The notes below the pieces were generated by a model. The model searched no databases. It saw only the letters and a list, made by a program, of their open reading frames with translations, and was not told the DNA's origin. Shown here in pieces: positions 8,097 through 18,266 of a stretch of 64,000 bases of DNA. The stretch is from Patescibacteria group bacterium (GTDB lineage: Bacteria; Patescibacteriota; Minisyncoccia; Moranbacterales; UBA2206), in contig JAKLIG010000002.1 of NCBI GenBank assembly GCA_022709735.1, positions 65,949-129,948 of the forward strand. The letters are read 5' to 3'. Each line of letters starts with the position of its first letter. The stretch's first letter is position 1. The translations under genes were made by a program, and so were the position numbers.

Positions 8097-8532
8097 CAAA
8101 ATATTAGCTTCAAGCAATTCGCCTCTGCCTATTCGCCAAAAATTAAAAATAATTATGGGAAGTTTTATTGAAATAAACGATACATTGCAAATATCAACAG
8201 ACCAAGGTTTTCCGAAAGAATTGGATTATGCACAACATAAGATAAAACCTTTTACCGCAGAAGATTTCAAGGATAAGATTTTTGAATTTAAAGATAAGCC
8301 GAAAATTAGAATTTATAAATTACCGCCTGTCAGAAATTTTTTAGTCCAGAATATCGATGGCAAATGGCTTTATTGGGGGCTTGTGCATATTGTTGAAATT
8401 TTTCATGATAATATAAAACAAACTACTTCCGGAAAATTCAAGATAATTTATATTTATACTCCGGAAGAAATGAAACAAGCTCATAAGCTGATAGATAGAA
8501 ATAAGGAAACGAATTATTTGGAAGTAATATAA
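8086..8532 (+). CDS. hypothetical protein (true start may be the internal Met at ~8155)
   Basis: ORF of 148 aa. Confidence 0.4.
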   Translation: MNNSKILASSNSPLPIRQKLKIIMGSFIEINDTLQISTDQGFPKELDYAQHKIKPFTAEDFKDKIFEFKDKPKIRIYKLPPVRNFLVQNIDGKWLYWGLVHIVEIFHDNIKQTTSGKFKIIYIYTPEEMKQAHKLIDRNKETNYLEVI

Positions 8533-8537
8533 ATAAT

Positions 8538-8951
8538 ATGAAGAAAATCGCAGCGATTATTTTGGAAAATGATAAGGGAGAAATTCTTCTTTATTTGCGA
8601 GATAACAAACCCAACATCCCATTTCCTCATCATTGGGATTTGTTTGGCGGATATGTTGAAGAAGGAGAAACGCCGGAAGAAGCTTTGATTCGCGAAGTCA
8701 AAGAAGAATTAAATTTTGATTTGAAAGAATATAAATTTTTCAAAAAATATGAATGCTTGGAAGGAGATGCGCATCAAAACGAAAAATATGTTTATATCGG
8801 CAAAATAAATTTACCCCTTGAAAAAATCACTTTGCAGGAAGGGGAACGATTACAATTTTTTCCAAAAAAAGATATTCCTGATGTTAAGTTTGCAAATATA
8901 TTAAAAAGCATAGTTATGGATTATATTAATGATAAGAATTTTAATAAATAA
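8538..8951 (+). CDS. NUDIX hydrolase
   Basis: Nudix box GGYVEEGETPEEALIREVKEELN matches G-x5-E-x7-R-E-x-x-E-E-x-G-U. Confidence 0.75.
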   Translation: MKKIAAIILENDKGEILLYLRDNKPNIPFPHHWDLFGGYVEEGETPEEALIREVKEELNFDLKEYKFFKKYECLEGDAHQNEKYVYIGKINLPLEKITLQEGERLQFFPKKDIPDVKFANILKSIVMDYINDKNFNK

Positions 8952-9483
8952 AATAACCATTATTAGATTTTATCTTATGAATGATTTAAATTACAACGAG
9001 AATGGAGTCAAGATAATTGACCAAGAAAAAATAAATGCGCTGCTAGAAGAATCGAGAATTAGTCCGCGAAAAAGAGCGAGCATATGCCTTCACACCGAAA
9101 AATCAGATTTAGTGCAAAGAATGGTTATGGCTATTCAAACAGAATCCTACATGCAAGCGCATAAGCATGAATTGCCAGCCAAAAGGGAACTTTTTACGAT
9201 TTATCAAGGAGAAGCGGCTGTGGCTATATTCAAAAATGATGGCGAGATTGACAACGTTTATGTACTTGCCCCGGATAAAATACGCACTATTGAAATTTCA
9301 GCTGGTCTATACCATTGCCTTGTCGCTCTGACACCAGACATTGTTCTTTTTGAAACAAAAGACGGACCATGGGAAAGCGTGGAAAAAGACAAGCAATTTG
9401 CGCCCTGGATGCCAGCAGAAGACTCTGAAGAGTCAGTAGAGTATTTGAAAAATCTAAAAGTTAAGATAGAACAATACTTCTAA
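8929..9483 (+). CDS. cupin-fold protein (WbuC-like); likely true start at the Met near 8977
   Basis: ~165-aa beta-rich protein with the spacing pattern of small WbuC-type cupins. Recalled loosely, low certainty. Confidence 0.35.
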   Translation: MIRILINKITIIRFYLMNDLNYNENGVKIIDQEKINALLEESRISPRKRASICLHTEKSDLVQRMVMAIQTESYMQAHKHELPAKRELFTIYQGEAAVAIFKNDGEIDNVYVLAPDKIRTIEISAGLYHCLVALTPDIVLFETKDGPWESVEKDKQFAPWMPAEDSEESVEYLKNLKVKIEQYF

Positions 9484-9637
9484 AATTTGACTAAAATAGC
9501 AAAATAATATAGAATGACGGCATAAGTCGTCGTTTTTTATTTGGTATAATTTTGCCTTTTATAAAGCATTATTATACTAAGATATTTACTAAATGACGAT
9601 AAGTATTGATTATTTTAATTATTAAGAGTATAATCTT

Positions 9638-10417
9638 ATGTTAAACGAAAATCAGAGAGAGAAAATTAAGACCGCCCTTTTAAAACTAAATATGACAGAA
9701 AAAGAGGTGGCTATCTATATTTCCGCCCTGCAACTAGGCGAATCCAGCATTCCAATGCTCTCCAAAGAAACTGGTTTTAGCCGGGGAACGATCTATGATC
9801 TAGTAGAGAAACTTAAAAATAGCGGGTTCTTGGCTGAAATTAAAAAAGGCAAGAAGCGAAGAATTGTGCCAGAAAGCCCGACTAATAGATTATATAAAGT
9901 TTTGGACTCGAAGCACGACCAGCTCAAAAGAATGCAACAGGATGTGGATGAGATCTTGCCGATCCTTCGGACAATTAATGCCAAGGAAGATTTTAAACCT
10001 CAAATCCGAACTTATTTTGGAGAAAAAGGTTTTCGGCAAGTGTGGGATGAAATTTTTTCTTATGAAGGAAAAAATTTCTTGAGTATTGCGAGAATTGAAA
10101 CTTTTGTTGCTTTCGGAGGGGAAAATTTTCTTAAGGAAATAATTGAAAGAAAGTTGAAGCTTGGATTTATTAGCCGAGCCATTAATGAAAATTCCTCTCC
10201 TGCTATCAAAATGCAAGAGAGCGATACAAAAGAAAGTCGAGAAACTCGGTTGGCGCCTAAAGAATTTATGTTTCCATCAACTGAAATAATTTTTGGAGAT
10301 AAGATCGCCATGTTTTCAACTCAAAAGGAAAATATTATTCTTCTGATTGAAAGTAAAGACTTTGCCGACACTCACCGTGCTTATTTTGAAATGATGTGGA
10401 AGTTTTTGGAGAAATAA
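9638..10417 (+). CDS. TrmB-family transcriptional regulator
   Basis: The N-terminal winged HTH (LTEKEVAIYISALQLGESSIPMLSKETGFSRGTIYDLVEKLKNSGFL) is typical of TrmB-type regulators. The 33117 gene is a paralogue. Confidence 0.55.
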   Translation: MLNENQREKIKTALLKLNMTEKEVAIYISALQLGESSIPMLSKETGFSRGTIYDLVEKLKNSGFLAEIKKGKKRRIVPESPTNRLYKVLDSKHDQLKRMQQDVDEILPILRTINAKEDFKPQIRTYFGEKGFRQVWDEIFSYEGKNFLSIARIETFVAFGGENFLKEIIERKLKLGFISRAINENSSPAIKMQESDTKESRETRLAPKEFMFPSTEIIFGDKIAMFSTQKENIILLIESKDFADTHRAYFEMMWKFLEK

Positions 10418-10445
10418 AACAATATACAGAAAAGGAGATGTCAAT

Positions 10446-10820
10446 ATGAATAATAAACCTTTATTGCTTAATATTAAAGAATGTCCATCGGAGCTAGATT
10501 TTCTCCACAGCTTTGCAAAACATCATCCGATAAATGCGACCATCCGGGTGAAAAATTCCATCAATACGGCTGTTTTACAATTTTATGTAACCCAAATAGA
10601 AACAATTTTTTACCCAGGCGATACATGGGAAATTAAAGGTCATTTTCTAGAATGGAAATTTCTTTATAAGGAGGATAAAAAAACAAACTACTATTACCAT
10701 CTTTCCGGCAAATTCGTCGGTACCTACAAACCCTCAACAAGGAGCGGGGAAATTAAAGTCCTTGACTACAAAAAAAGTATTGAAAAAAAACCCAGATATA
10801 TTTTAATAACTGGCTGTTAA
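10446..10820 (+). CDS. hypothetical protein
   Basis: 124-aa ORF with an upstream RBS (aaaggagatg). Confidence 0.4.
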   Translation: MNNKPLLLNIKECPSELDFLHSFAKHHPINATIRVKNSINTAVLQFYVTQIETIFYPGDTWEIKGHFLEWKFLYKEDKKTNYYYHLSGKFVGTYKPSTRSGEIKVLDYKKSIEKKPRYILITGC

Positions 10821-10826
10821 AACACT

Positions 10827-11015
10827 TTGAAAAGGAGAACAATTATGGCACTTATTGATACCTTGAAATACATCCGGATGTCAGCCTATCTTCGGGAAAG
10901 AGATGCTAGAGAAAAATATCTTCGAGAAGAAAAGAATAGATTAACTCAAGAGAATGAATCCCTTAGACAAAAACTTGAACAACTTGAAAAAGGAGAAGAA
11001 GAGCAGAAAAAGTAA
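10827..11015 (+). CDS. small coiled-coil protein
   Basis: 62 aa. RBS aaaaggagaacaattATG. Charged heptad-like C-terminus. Confidence 0.3.
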   Translation: MKRRTIMALIDTLKYIRMSAYLRERDAREKYLREEKNRLTQENESLRQKLEQLEKGEEEQKK

Positions 11016-11091
11016 TTTTGCAAAAACTACAAAAAATCCTACACCCTGGAAACTCGGGTGTAGGATTTTTAATTTGTAGCAAAATATAATT

Positions 11092-13563
11092 TTATAGCAC
11101 AGTCGAGGCAGAAACTTTGTCCCCAGCTTGCGGTCTCATAACTCTCACTCCTTGCGTTGCTCGTCCAAGAACAGAAACGCTTCCCAGCGGAATTCTAATG
11201 ATTTGGCCTTTCTCGGAAGTGAGAATTAGATCAGTATCGAGCGCGTCCATATTGATAATTGTTGCGCCGACTATTTTTCCAGTCTTCGAAGTAACGGAAG
11301 CAGTTTTTATTCCCGAGCCTCCGCGCTTTTGCACTTTGTAGAATTTCAGATCTGATCTTTTGCCAAAACCATTTTCAGAAATTGTCAGAAGCTGGTTGCC
11401 TTTTTGATTTTTGAAAACCACATCCATTCCCACGACCTTGTCATCTTTCTTAAGTTTTATTCCACGCACTCCCGCCGCATTTCTTCCCATCGAACGAACA
11501 TCCGATTCTTTGAATCTAATCGCTTGACCATTTTTGGTAGTGATGACAATTTCATCTGTTCCGGTGGTCGCTTCCACCCAGCTAAGCATATCGCCCTTTT
11601 CAAGCTTGATCGCAATTAGTCCAGAACGGCGAACATTTTCAAATTCATCCAAGGTAGTTTTTTTGACTGTTCCCATTTCAGTTGTCATAAAGAAAAATTT
11701 ATAATTGTCATCTTTGTTGAAAGCGATAATCGCGGTGACACTTTCTTCTTGAGAAAGTGAGAGGAAGTTCACGATTGATTGACCCTTGGCGATTCTGGTT
11801 GATTCCGGAATTTCATAAGCTTTCGTTTGAAAAACTTTTCCACTGTTAGTGAAAAATAGCAAATTATCATGCGTCATTACGCCGAGCATTTTTTGAATCT
11901 CATCGCCCTCTCTTGTTGTCGCGCCAATCACGCCTTTGCCTCCGCGCTTTTGCACTTTGTAGACGCTTGGGTTCATTCTTTTTACATAGCCATCCTTAGA
12001 AAGAGTGATGATTGCTTCTTCATTCGGGACGAGATCTTCTTGTTTGAATTCGCCCACACCTGATTTTATCACTTTCGTTTTTCGCTCATCGCCATATTTT
12101 TCTTTGACGCGTGTTAATTCATCTTTGATAATTCCAAATATTTTTTTCTCGCTTTTTAGAATTGCTTCAAGTTCGGCGATGAGTTTTATTTTTTCCGCTA
12201 ATTCATCTTCAATCTTTTTTCGTTCGAGTCCAGCCAGAGTTTGCAGTTTCATTTCCAAAATTGCCGTGGCTTGTTTTTCCGACAATTTGAATTTCTTCAT
12301 CAAATTCTTATGCGCTTCTTCTTTCGTCCCCGATTTTTTGATTGTTTCAATCACCGCGTCAATATGATCCAAGGCAATTTTGAGTCCTTCCAAGATATGC
12401 GCTCGATCTCGCGCTTTTTCTAAATCAAATTTAGTGCGTCTCACAATTACAATTTTTCGATGCGCAATATATTCTTCCAAGATAGCTTTTAAATTCAAAA
12501 CTTTTGGTTCGATGCCGTTAACGAGCGCCAGCATATTCACACCAAAATTTTTCTGAAGATCAGTCAGTGAATATAATTTATTCAAAACTTTTTGCGGATA
12601 AGCATCTTTTTTGAGATCAACGACAATTCGCACACCTTCCTTGTCAGATTCATCACGAAGATCTTTTATTCCGACAATTTTTCCTTCATGCACAAGATTG
12701 GCAATATTTTCAATAAGCGTTGATTTGTTGGTCGCATAAGTAATCTCGCTAATTATAATTTGAAATGCGCCAGTCTTAGTTTCTACGATATCCGCTTTCC
12801 CACGGGTCAAAATTTTTCCGCGTCCGGTTTTGTAAGCTTCTAAAATATCTCGCTTGTTATAAATTATTCCGCCCGTTGGAAAATCTGGGCCTTTAATAAA
12901 TTCAGCGAGCTCTTCAACGGTTGCCTCGGAATTATCAATCAGATGATTTATGCCATCGATAAGTTCCGAAAGATTATGTGGAGGAATGTTGGTCGCCATT
13001 CCAACTGCGATTCCCATCGAACCGTTAAGTAGAAGTTGGGGAAGTCCGGCTGGGAGAACTGTTGGTTCTTTATGCTGGCCATCAAAATTCGGCACGAAAT
13101 CTACCGTATCTTTTTCAATATCCACTAGCATCTCTTCCGCCATTTGCGAAAGTTTGGCTTCTGTATAACGATAAGCGGCTGGGCCATCGCCGTCCATTGA
13201 GCCAAAGTTTCCTTGTCCTTTCACCATTGGATAGCGAAGAGAGAAATCTTGCGCCATTCGAACCATTGAGTCATAAACCGCGACATCGCCGTGTGGGTGG
13301 TATTTTCCAAGCACTTCTCCAACAACAGTGGCTGATTTTCGAAATTTGGCGTTCGCGCGAAGCCCAGTGTTCCACATGGAATAGAGAATTCTTCGATGAA
13401 CTGGCTTCAAACCGTCCCTAACATCCGGCAGAGCACGGGACACAATCACGCTCATGGCATAATCTAAATAGGATTGCTGGATTTCAAGAGTAATTTCGCG
13501 ATTTTGAACATTTTTTTCTCCCTCGTTAGAAATATTTTGTATAGATTTTTTTTCTTCTGACAT
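11092..13563 (-). CDS. gyrA: DNA gyrase subunit A
   Basis: Carries [21 protein letters not shown], the AAYRYTE region of the catalytic Tyr, and C-terminal beta-pinwheel repeats. 823 aa. Confidence 0.95.
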   Translation of the reverse strand: MSEEKKSIQNISNEGEKNVQNREITLEIQQSYLDYAMSVIVSRALPDVRDGLKPVHRRILYSMWNTGLRANAKFRKSATVVGEVLGKYHPHGDVAVYDSMVRMAQDFSLRYPMVKGQGNFGSMDGDGPAAYRYTEAKLSQMAEEMLVDIEKDTVDFVPNFDGQHKEPTVLPAGLPQLLLNGSMGIAVGMATNIPPHNLSELIDGINHLIDNSEATVEELAEFIKGPDFPTGGIIYNKRDILEAYKTGRGKILTRGKADIVETKTGAFQIIISEITYATNKSTLIENIANLVHEGKIVGIKDLRDESDKEGVRIVVDLKKDAYPQKVLNKLYSLTDLQKNFGVNMLALVNGIEPKVLNLKAILEEYIAHRKIVIVRRTKFDLEKARDRAHILEGLKIALDHIDAVIETIKKSGTKEEAHKNLMKKFKLSEKQATAILEMKLQTLAGLERKKIEDELAEKIKLIAELEAILKSEKKIFGIIKDELTRVKEKYGDERKTKVIKSGVGEFKQEDLVPNEEAIITLSKDGYVKRMNPSVYKVQKRGGKGVIGATTREGDEIQKMLGVMTHDNLLFFTNSGKVFQTKAYEIPESTRIAKGQSIVNFLSLSQEESVTAIIAFNKDDNYKFFFMTTEMGTVKKTTLDEFENVRRSGLIAIKLEKGDMLSWVEATTGTDEIVITTKNGQAIRFKESDVRSMGRNAAGVRGIKLKKDDKVVGMDVVFKNQKGNQLLTISENGFGKRSDLKFYKVQKRGGSGIKTASVTSKTGKIVGATIINMDALDTDLILTSEKGQIIRIPLGSVSVLGRATQGVRVMRPQAGDKVSASTVL

Positions 13564-13573
13564 ATGGAAATAT

Positions 13574-13849
13574 TTATTGATTATTTTGCGTTTGATTGCC
13601 TAAAACTTTTTTCATCTGCTTGGTCGCGTCTTCAATGGATTTTTTTTGCTGACTAAATTCTTCTACCATTACCTTATTTTTTTTCTCCGAAACTTCTTTT
13701 TCATTCATACTGCTGATTTGCGCCGAAAGAGAAATCATCCAGATGATTATAATTACTGCCATTCCAATGGCTGTGAGCCCCCACGCCCAACGAAGCCTGA
13801 TATGCTCGGGCTGTTTTCTAATTTCCTCTACTTTATCAAAAATACTCAT
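13574..13849 (-). CDS. small single-TM membrane protein (operonic with gyrA)
   Basis: 91-aa ORF with one hydrophobic helix and a charged tail. Confidence 0.4.
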   Translation of the reverse strand: MSIFDKVEEIRKQPEHIRLRWAWGLTAIGMAVIIIIWMISLSAQISSMNEKEVSEKKNKVMVEEFSQQKKSIEDATKQMKKVLGNQTQNNQ

Positions 13850-13853
13850 AAAC

Positions 13854-14519
13854 TTATTCGATATCCATCACAATAACTTCCATTTCTTTTCCTTCCAAGT
13901 CTTTTTTCTTGATATTAATCTTGGAAACTTTTTCTCTCGGACAATTTCCGATTTCACTGCAGAATTTTTTCTCATCATCAATCTTAATATCCGACGCCGT
14001 ATCTTTCATTTTATAGTGTATTGGGATAATTATTTTCGGTTCAATTTTTTTGGCAATTTCTACCGCTTTTTTGCCGTCAATTGTATAATTTCCCCCAATC
14101 GGAATCATAAGCACATCGATACCATTAATTTTTTCCAGTTGATTTTCGCTAAGATCCGTTCCGAGATCGCCCAAATGGCAAATGCGTAAATCTTCTGATT
14201 CTAAAATATAAATCGTGTTTATTCCATGCTCCGCTCCGTTTTTTTCATCATGAAATGAAGGAATGCCAATAACATTCACCCCCTTAGCACTGTATTCACC
14301 AGGAATATCAATCACATACGGCTCGCCTTTCAGCGCCTCTACATTATTATGATCATGATGAGCGTGGCTTACTAAAACTAAATCGGCCTGGCCTTGCGGA
14401 GGGCGAAGCCCGACAGATTTGTCGAAAGGATCAAAAAAAATCGCGATATCTTCTTTGCCTCTTCCAGCTGGTTTTGTGGTTATTTTAAAGCAAGAATGGC
14501 CGTAATATTGAATGTTCAT
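13854..14519 (-). CDS. MBL-fold metallo-hydrolase
   Basis: Carries the HxHxDH motif (VSHAHHDHNN) plus downstream His/Asp ligands typical of UPF0173-type MBL proteins. Confidence 0.7.
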   Translation of the reverse strand: MNIQYYGHSCFKITTKPAGRGKEDIAIFFDPFDKSVGLRPPQGQADLVLVSHAHHDHNNVEALKGEPYVIDIPGEYSAKGVNVIGIPSFHDEKNGAEHGINTIYILESEDLRICHLGDLGTDLSENQLEKINGIDVLMIPIGGNYTIDGKKAVEIAKKIEPKIIIPIHYKMKDTASDIKIDDEKKFCSEIGNCPREKVSKINIKKKDLEGKEMEVIVMDIE

Positions 14520-14728
14520 AAAATTGAGAATTAAGAAGTATGAATTAAGAAGAAAGCATAAAATAGTATGCTTTTTTACTAACTCATTTTAGCACGGAGA
14601 AAAAGAGTTGTCGAGATTTGACAAATTGTTATTTAGCCTTTAAATTTATTATCAGTTCATTTATTTAGTTTTTGGGATTAATTATCAGCTAACCGTAATT
14701 TTTTAAGAATTAAGAGGAGACGACACGC

Positions 14729-14956
14729 ATGGAGAAAAATAACCCAAAATGTAATTTAAGAGGGAATGCCTGCAAAAAAAAGCAGGCTAAAAAAAATCAG
14801 GATTGCCAGGGTTGCATCAAAAGATTATATGATGATAGTGGTATGAAAGTTGCACCAACCGCAACCATAATGCCAACTCACATCATTGATACGTTGTTCA
14901 GATCCTCCAGAGAAGAAAGGATTTGTCATAAAACGCCTTTCCGCAAGTATGCCTAA
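14729..14956 (+). CDS. Cys-rich, Lys-rich small protein (75 aa)
   Basis: Strong SD (aagaggagacgacacgcATG). Carries CNLRGNACKKKQAKKNQDCQGC. A hairpin+T terminator follows at ~15009-15052. Confidence 0.4.
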   Translation: MEKNNPKCNLRGNACKKKQAKKNQDCQGCIKRLYDDSGMKVAPTATIMPTHIIDTLFRSSREERICHKTPFRKYA

Positions 14957-15145
14957 TCACGCTTAATTTCGTTGGAAAATATGCCTGCTGATAATTATCC
15001 CGAACCGACCAGTGGTCTTGATCCCAAAAGGAGAGAGACTACTGGTTTTTTATTTCCAATATTTGACTTTTCGCCATTTTCCCGCTAAATTATTGTCAGT
15101 TAAGTGGTTCGTTAACAATTTAAGCTTCATTTGAAAGGAGGACAT

Positions 15146-15286
15146 ATGAAGCCGTGGTGTAAGAAATATGAGATGTCTATTCCGAATGAAAAAGTAAAAA
15201 ATCAGTGTTCTTTGCATAATCACCATCGTGGCTGTATAAATCTCATAAAGAAAAGAAGGGTAAAAAATAGAAAAAAGTTTTATTAA
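15146..15286 (+). CDS. Cys-rich cationic mini-ORF (46 aa, MKPWCKKYEMSIPNEKVKNQCSLHNHHRGCINLIKKRRVKNRKKFY), absent from the ORF track
   Basis: Read by eye. A consensus SD (gaaaggaggacatATG) sits 8 nt upstream. Confidence 0.35.
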   Translation: MKPWCKKYEMSIPNEKVKNQCSLHNHHRGCINLIKKRRVKNRKKFY

Positions 15287-15309
15287 TCTTTTTTTGGATG
15301 AAGGAGGGC

Positions 15310-15435
15310 ATGAGAATTATGGCAAAAAAAGTGAATGTGACTCCAAGAGATTGCAAAAAACCAAAGAATGGCGAATGTGGCAGATATGCATATTGTATAG
15401 GCTGCCCGAAAAACAACCTGAAGAAAAGGAAATGA
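15310..15435 (+). CDS. Cys-rich cationic mini-ORF (41 aa, MRIMAKKVNVTPRDCKKPKNGECGRYAYCIGCPKNNLKKRK), absent from the ORF track
   Basis: Read by eye. SD gaaggagggcATGagaattATG. Ends 12 nt before the decarboxylase-like gene. Confidence 0.35.
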   Translation: MRIMAKKVNVTPRDCKKPKNGECGRYAYCIGCPKNNLKKRK

Positions 15436-15447
15436 AAGGAAAAAGTC

Positions 15448-16599
15448 ATGACTAAACAAACAAATTTACCACCAATGGTTGTAAAGCACGCCCATGTGGA
15501 ACTGGCTGAAGCTCAAAGAGTACAAAAAACTCTTCTGGCGCCCGGCCCATGTCCTCATCTTTTCGAAGGACGCCAAAAAAATATTGCTGTTTATGGCTTG
15601 ATATCAAAGGGTCCGGAATTTGAATTCTACGATGCCCTGCTTGCCATGACCAATATGAAAGATCCGCTTTCCCGTCGTCTCATGGCAGGCATTATGGCCG
15701 CCGCCGAAATTTACACTAAAAGAATGATCCAGATCTGGGTCGAACTCTGCAACCTGAGAACCTTTAAAGACCAGGACGGCGTTTACCAGAAATGGGGACC
15801 GGCGGGAGATTTTATGATGATGCGGATTATGGATTATGTGCGGGAGCTCGAGAAAAAACACAACATTCGCATTATCTGCCAGCATGATTGCAAACGTGGC
15901 GACCTCGGTGCAACAATGATCGGTTATTACGACCGATTCATCGGAAATCTCAGCTCTTCGCTGGAAATCGGCCATGCTTTCCTCGGTTATGATACTATGA
16001 ATATACAGCTGTACATGGGGAGCGATGTCCTCATGCTGAAGGAAGTGCAGAAGAAAAATTACATCCCAGCGCACGGTTTAAAGCTTATGCGTGAAAAGGG
16101 GAAGGGAATAATTGTCGTTGATAAAACTTCCAACGACAGTGGCCCCGAATACCAACAGCTGTTTATCCCGAAACGCGGCAGAACTCTGGAAGAATGCGTG
16201 GCAGAAGATATCAATTCATTGGCCGAATACTATGGCCTGGTTTATGACGAACTGTCCCCACTTGGTCTTGTCGTAGGCTCAACACATCAAGCTAATGGGA
16301 TGCTGCGTTTATTGTTCCCCACGGGCACATGGTGGGTCCCCGGCTATGGAAATCAGGGCGGAAAATTCGAAAATATTATGCTTGAGCTTATCCGAGAAGG
16401 TAAATGGTGCGGGCAGGGCGCCACATTTACCAATGAAACCGGCATGATGTATGTGTGGATGGAAAATCAAGGCGGCACCGGGAAGATCCATGATGCAGAA
16501 ATGCTATCAATATCAGCAACAAAAAAATTTCAGGAAGCTGAATATAAAGCTTATCAGACGCCGGAAGTAAAGGCGGCCGGAATTCGGTATCCATTTTAA
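15448..16599 (+). CDS. orotidine-5'-phosphate decarboxylase suprafamily enzyme (type-2 PyrF-like) with ~110-aa N-terminal extension
   Basis: HDCKRGDLGATM matches the D-x-K-R-G-D-I-G-x-T catalytic motif. Downstream blocks IIVVDKTSNDSG, LGLVVGSTHQA and WWVPGYGNQGG align with the TSNP, VVGAT and PGVG-QGG blocks of type-2 OMPDCs. Local GC is clearly higher than the flanks. Confidence 0.55.
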   Translation: MTKQTNLPPMVVKHAHVELAEAQRVQKTLLAPGPCPHLFEGRQKNIAVYGLISKGPEFEFYDALLAMTNMKDPLSRRLMAGIMAAAEIYTKRMIQIWVELCNLRTFKDQDGVYQKWGPAGDFMMMRIMDYVRELEKKHNIRIICQHDCKRGDLGATMIGYYDRFIGNLSSSLEIGHAFLGYDTMNIQLYMGSDVLMLKEVQKKNYIPAHGLKLMREKGKGIIVVDKTSNDSGPEYQQLFIPKRGRTLEECVAEDINSLAEYYGLVYDELSPLGLVVGSTHQANGMLRLLFPTGTWWVPGYGNQGGKFENIMLELIREGKWCGQGATFTNETGMMYVWMENQGGTGKIHDAEMLSISATKKFQEAEYKAYQTPEVKAAGIRYPF

Positions 16600-16650
16600 A
16601 AAATGGGAATGGATCGTATTAACAATATACCGAATACTCAACCCGCACGA

Positions 16651-16712
16651 CTTAGCAGAATTAAGGAGGAAATATTCTGCAAAAGTCGTGTGGGTTGATT
16701 TTTTTTACCAAA
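16651..16712 (+). terminator. rho-independent terminator closing the GC-shifted island
   Basis: caacccgcacgactt...aagtcgtgtgggttg is a 15-bp inverted repeat followed by attttttttt. Confidence 0.55.
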
Positions 16713-16842
16713 ATTTGACATAATTCAATTTTTAAATTACAATGATTTTACAGTTAATTATTAAGAAAATTGAATAGGGAATGCTTTAATTCCCATATCG
16801 TCTTTCTTAATAATTTCCTTTAATTAGGGAATTTTTTAATTT

Positions 16843-16928
16843 TACGAACTACGAAATGAACGAAATACGAAACATTTAAACTACCTTTCGTACTTTCGTA
16901 TTTAGTATTTATTTCGTAGTTCGTAAAC
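16843..16928. promoter_or_regulatory. conserved upstream element (inverted pair of the TTTCGTATTTCGTTCATTTCGTAGTTCGTAAA family) immediately 5' of rpsA
   Basis: The same ~32-nt motif is also found at 19865-19898 (5' of ftsH) and 35985-36031 (5' of the YraN gene). Confidence 0.5.
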
Positions 16929-16936
16929 AAAATACT

Positions 16937-18256
16937 ATGTCAGACATTTTAGACAATCTCGCCAAAGAAGTGGATAAACTTTCCGAAGAAACTGCTTCTC
17001 CTAGCAAAAAAGTTTCGAAAGAAACAGAAAAGGAAATCCCGGAAGATAATTCCGTGATGAGCAACCTTCTTTCCAAGGGCTCTTTTCATTTTCCAAAAGT
17101 CAGCGACACAATTGATGGAAAAGTAATTTATGTTTCTTCCAATGAAATATATCTTGATCTTCCGCCGTTTGGCACTGGAATCGTTTTGGGAAAAGAAATA
17201 AAAGATGGCCTCGGAAGTGGAAAGTTGAAAATTGGAGACACAGTGAATGCCACGATAATTGATATGGAGAATGAAAATGGCTATATTGAGCTTTCTATCC
17301 GTGAAGCATCTTGCGAAAAAGCTTGGGATGATTTGGAAAGCAAACGAGACACGCAAGAAAAAGTGAACATAAAAGTGCTTAGCGCCAATAAAGGCGGGCT
17401 TTTAGTGGAAGTTAACAGTATTTCCGGATTTTTGCCAGTTTCCCAACTTTCCGGCAAGAATTATCCTCGAGTAGAAGACGGCGATAAGAATAAAATTTTG
17501 AATCTTCTCAAAAAACTCATTGGTCAAGAATTGGAAGTTCGAATAATTGACGCTGATCGAGAAACAGAAAAACTTATCGTGAGCGAAAAAGCCGCGCAGA
17601 GCGAAAAAGACATGGAAGTAATTTCCGCGCTTAATGTCGGCGACACCGTGAGCGGAGAAATCAGCGGAGTAGTTGATTTTGGAGCATTCGTTAAGTTTTC
17701 AATAAAAGAAAATGACAGTGAAAGAAAGCTAGAAGGATTGGTTCATATTTCCGAACTCGCTTGGCAACTTATTGAAGATCCGCGAACAATTGTGAAAGTC
17801 GGCGACAAAGTGAGCGCCAAAATTATCGGCATTGATGGCGATAAAATTTCGCTTTCTATCCGCGCGCTTCAAGAAGATCCTTGGTCAAATATCGCAGAAA
17901 AATATAAAAAAGGCGACATCGTTTCCGGAACAGTTAATAAAATTAATCATTTCGGCGCATTTGTATATCTCGACAAAGATATTCATGGCTTGGCTCACAT
18001 CAGCGAAATGTCAGAAAATTATCCTGGAAAAAGCCTAAACGAACTTATCAAGGCCGGCGAAAAATATAATTGGGAAATTCTTTCTATTGAACCAAAAGAG
18101 CATCGCATGGGACTCGTTCTAGCAAAAGATAAGAAAAAGAAAAAAGAAAAGGAAGAAAAAGTTGAGAAGGAAGAAGTTGGAGAAGAAAAAGAAATTAAGA
18201 AAGAAAAGAAAGAGAAAAAAGAAGCCAAGAAAAAAAGTAAAAAGAAAGAAGAATAA
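16937..18256 (+). CDS. rpsA: 30S ribosomal protein S1 (short form) with Lys/Glu-rich C-terminal tail
   Basis: Several S1 RNA-binding domains (e.g. GTVNKINHFGAFVYLDKDIHGLAHISEMS). 439 aa. Confidence 0.8.
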   Translation: MSDILDNLAKEVDKLSEETASPSKKVSKETEKEIPEDNSVMSNLLSKGSFHFPKVSDTIDGKVIYVSSNEIYLDLPPFGTGIVLGKEIKDGLGSGKLKIGDTVNATIIDMENENGYIELSIREASCEKAWDDLESKRDTQEKVNIKVLSANKGGLLVEVNSISGFLPVSQLSGKNYPRVEDGDKNKILNLLKKLIGQELEVRIIDADRETEKLIVSEKAAQSEKDMEVISALNVGDTVSGEISGVVDFGAFVKFSIKENDSERKLEGLVHISELAWQLIEDPRTIVKVGDKVSAKIIGIDGDKISLSIRALQEDPWSNIAEKYKKGDIVSGTVNKINHFGAFVYLDKDIHGLAHISEMSENYPGKSLNELIKAGEKYNWEILSIEPKEHRMGLVLAKDKKKKKEKEEKVEKEEVGEEKEIKKEKKEKKEAKKKSKKKEE

Positions 18257-18266
18257 AAAATTTAAA

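Noticed and set aside
18162-18266. N-terminal Lys/Arg-rich extension of the cmk ORF as given in the track (start 18162).
   Set aside because: It overlaps the rpsA C-terminal tail in another frame and merely mirrors its poly-Lys/Glu codons. The conserved cytidylate kinase N-terminus begins at the Met at ~18267.
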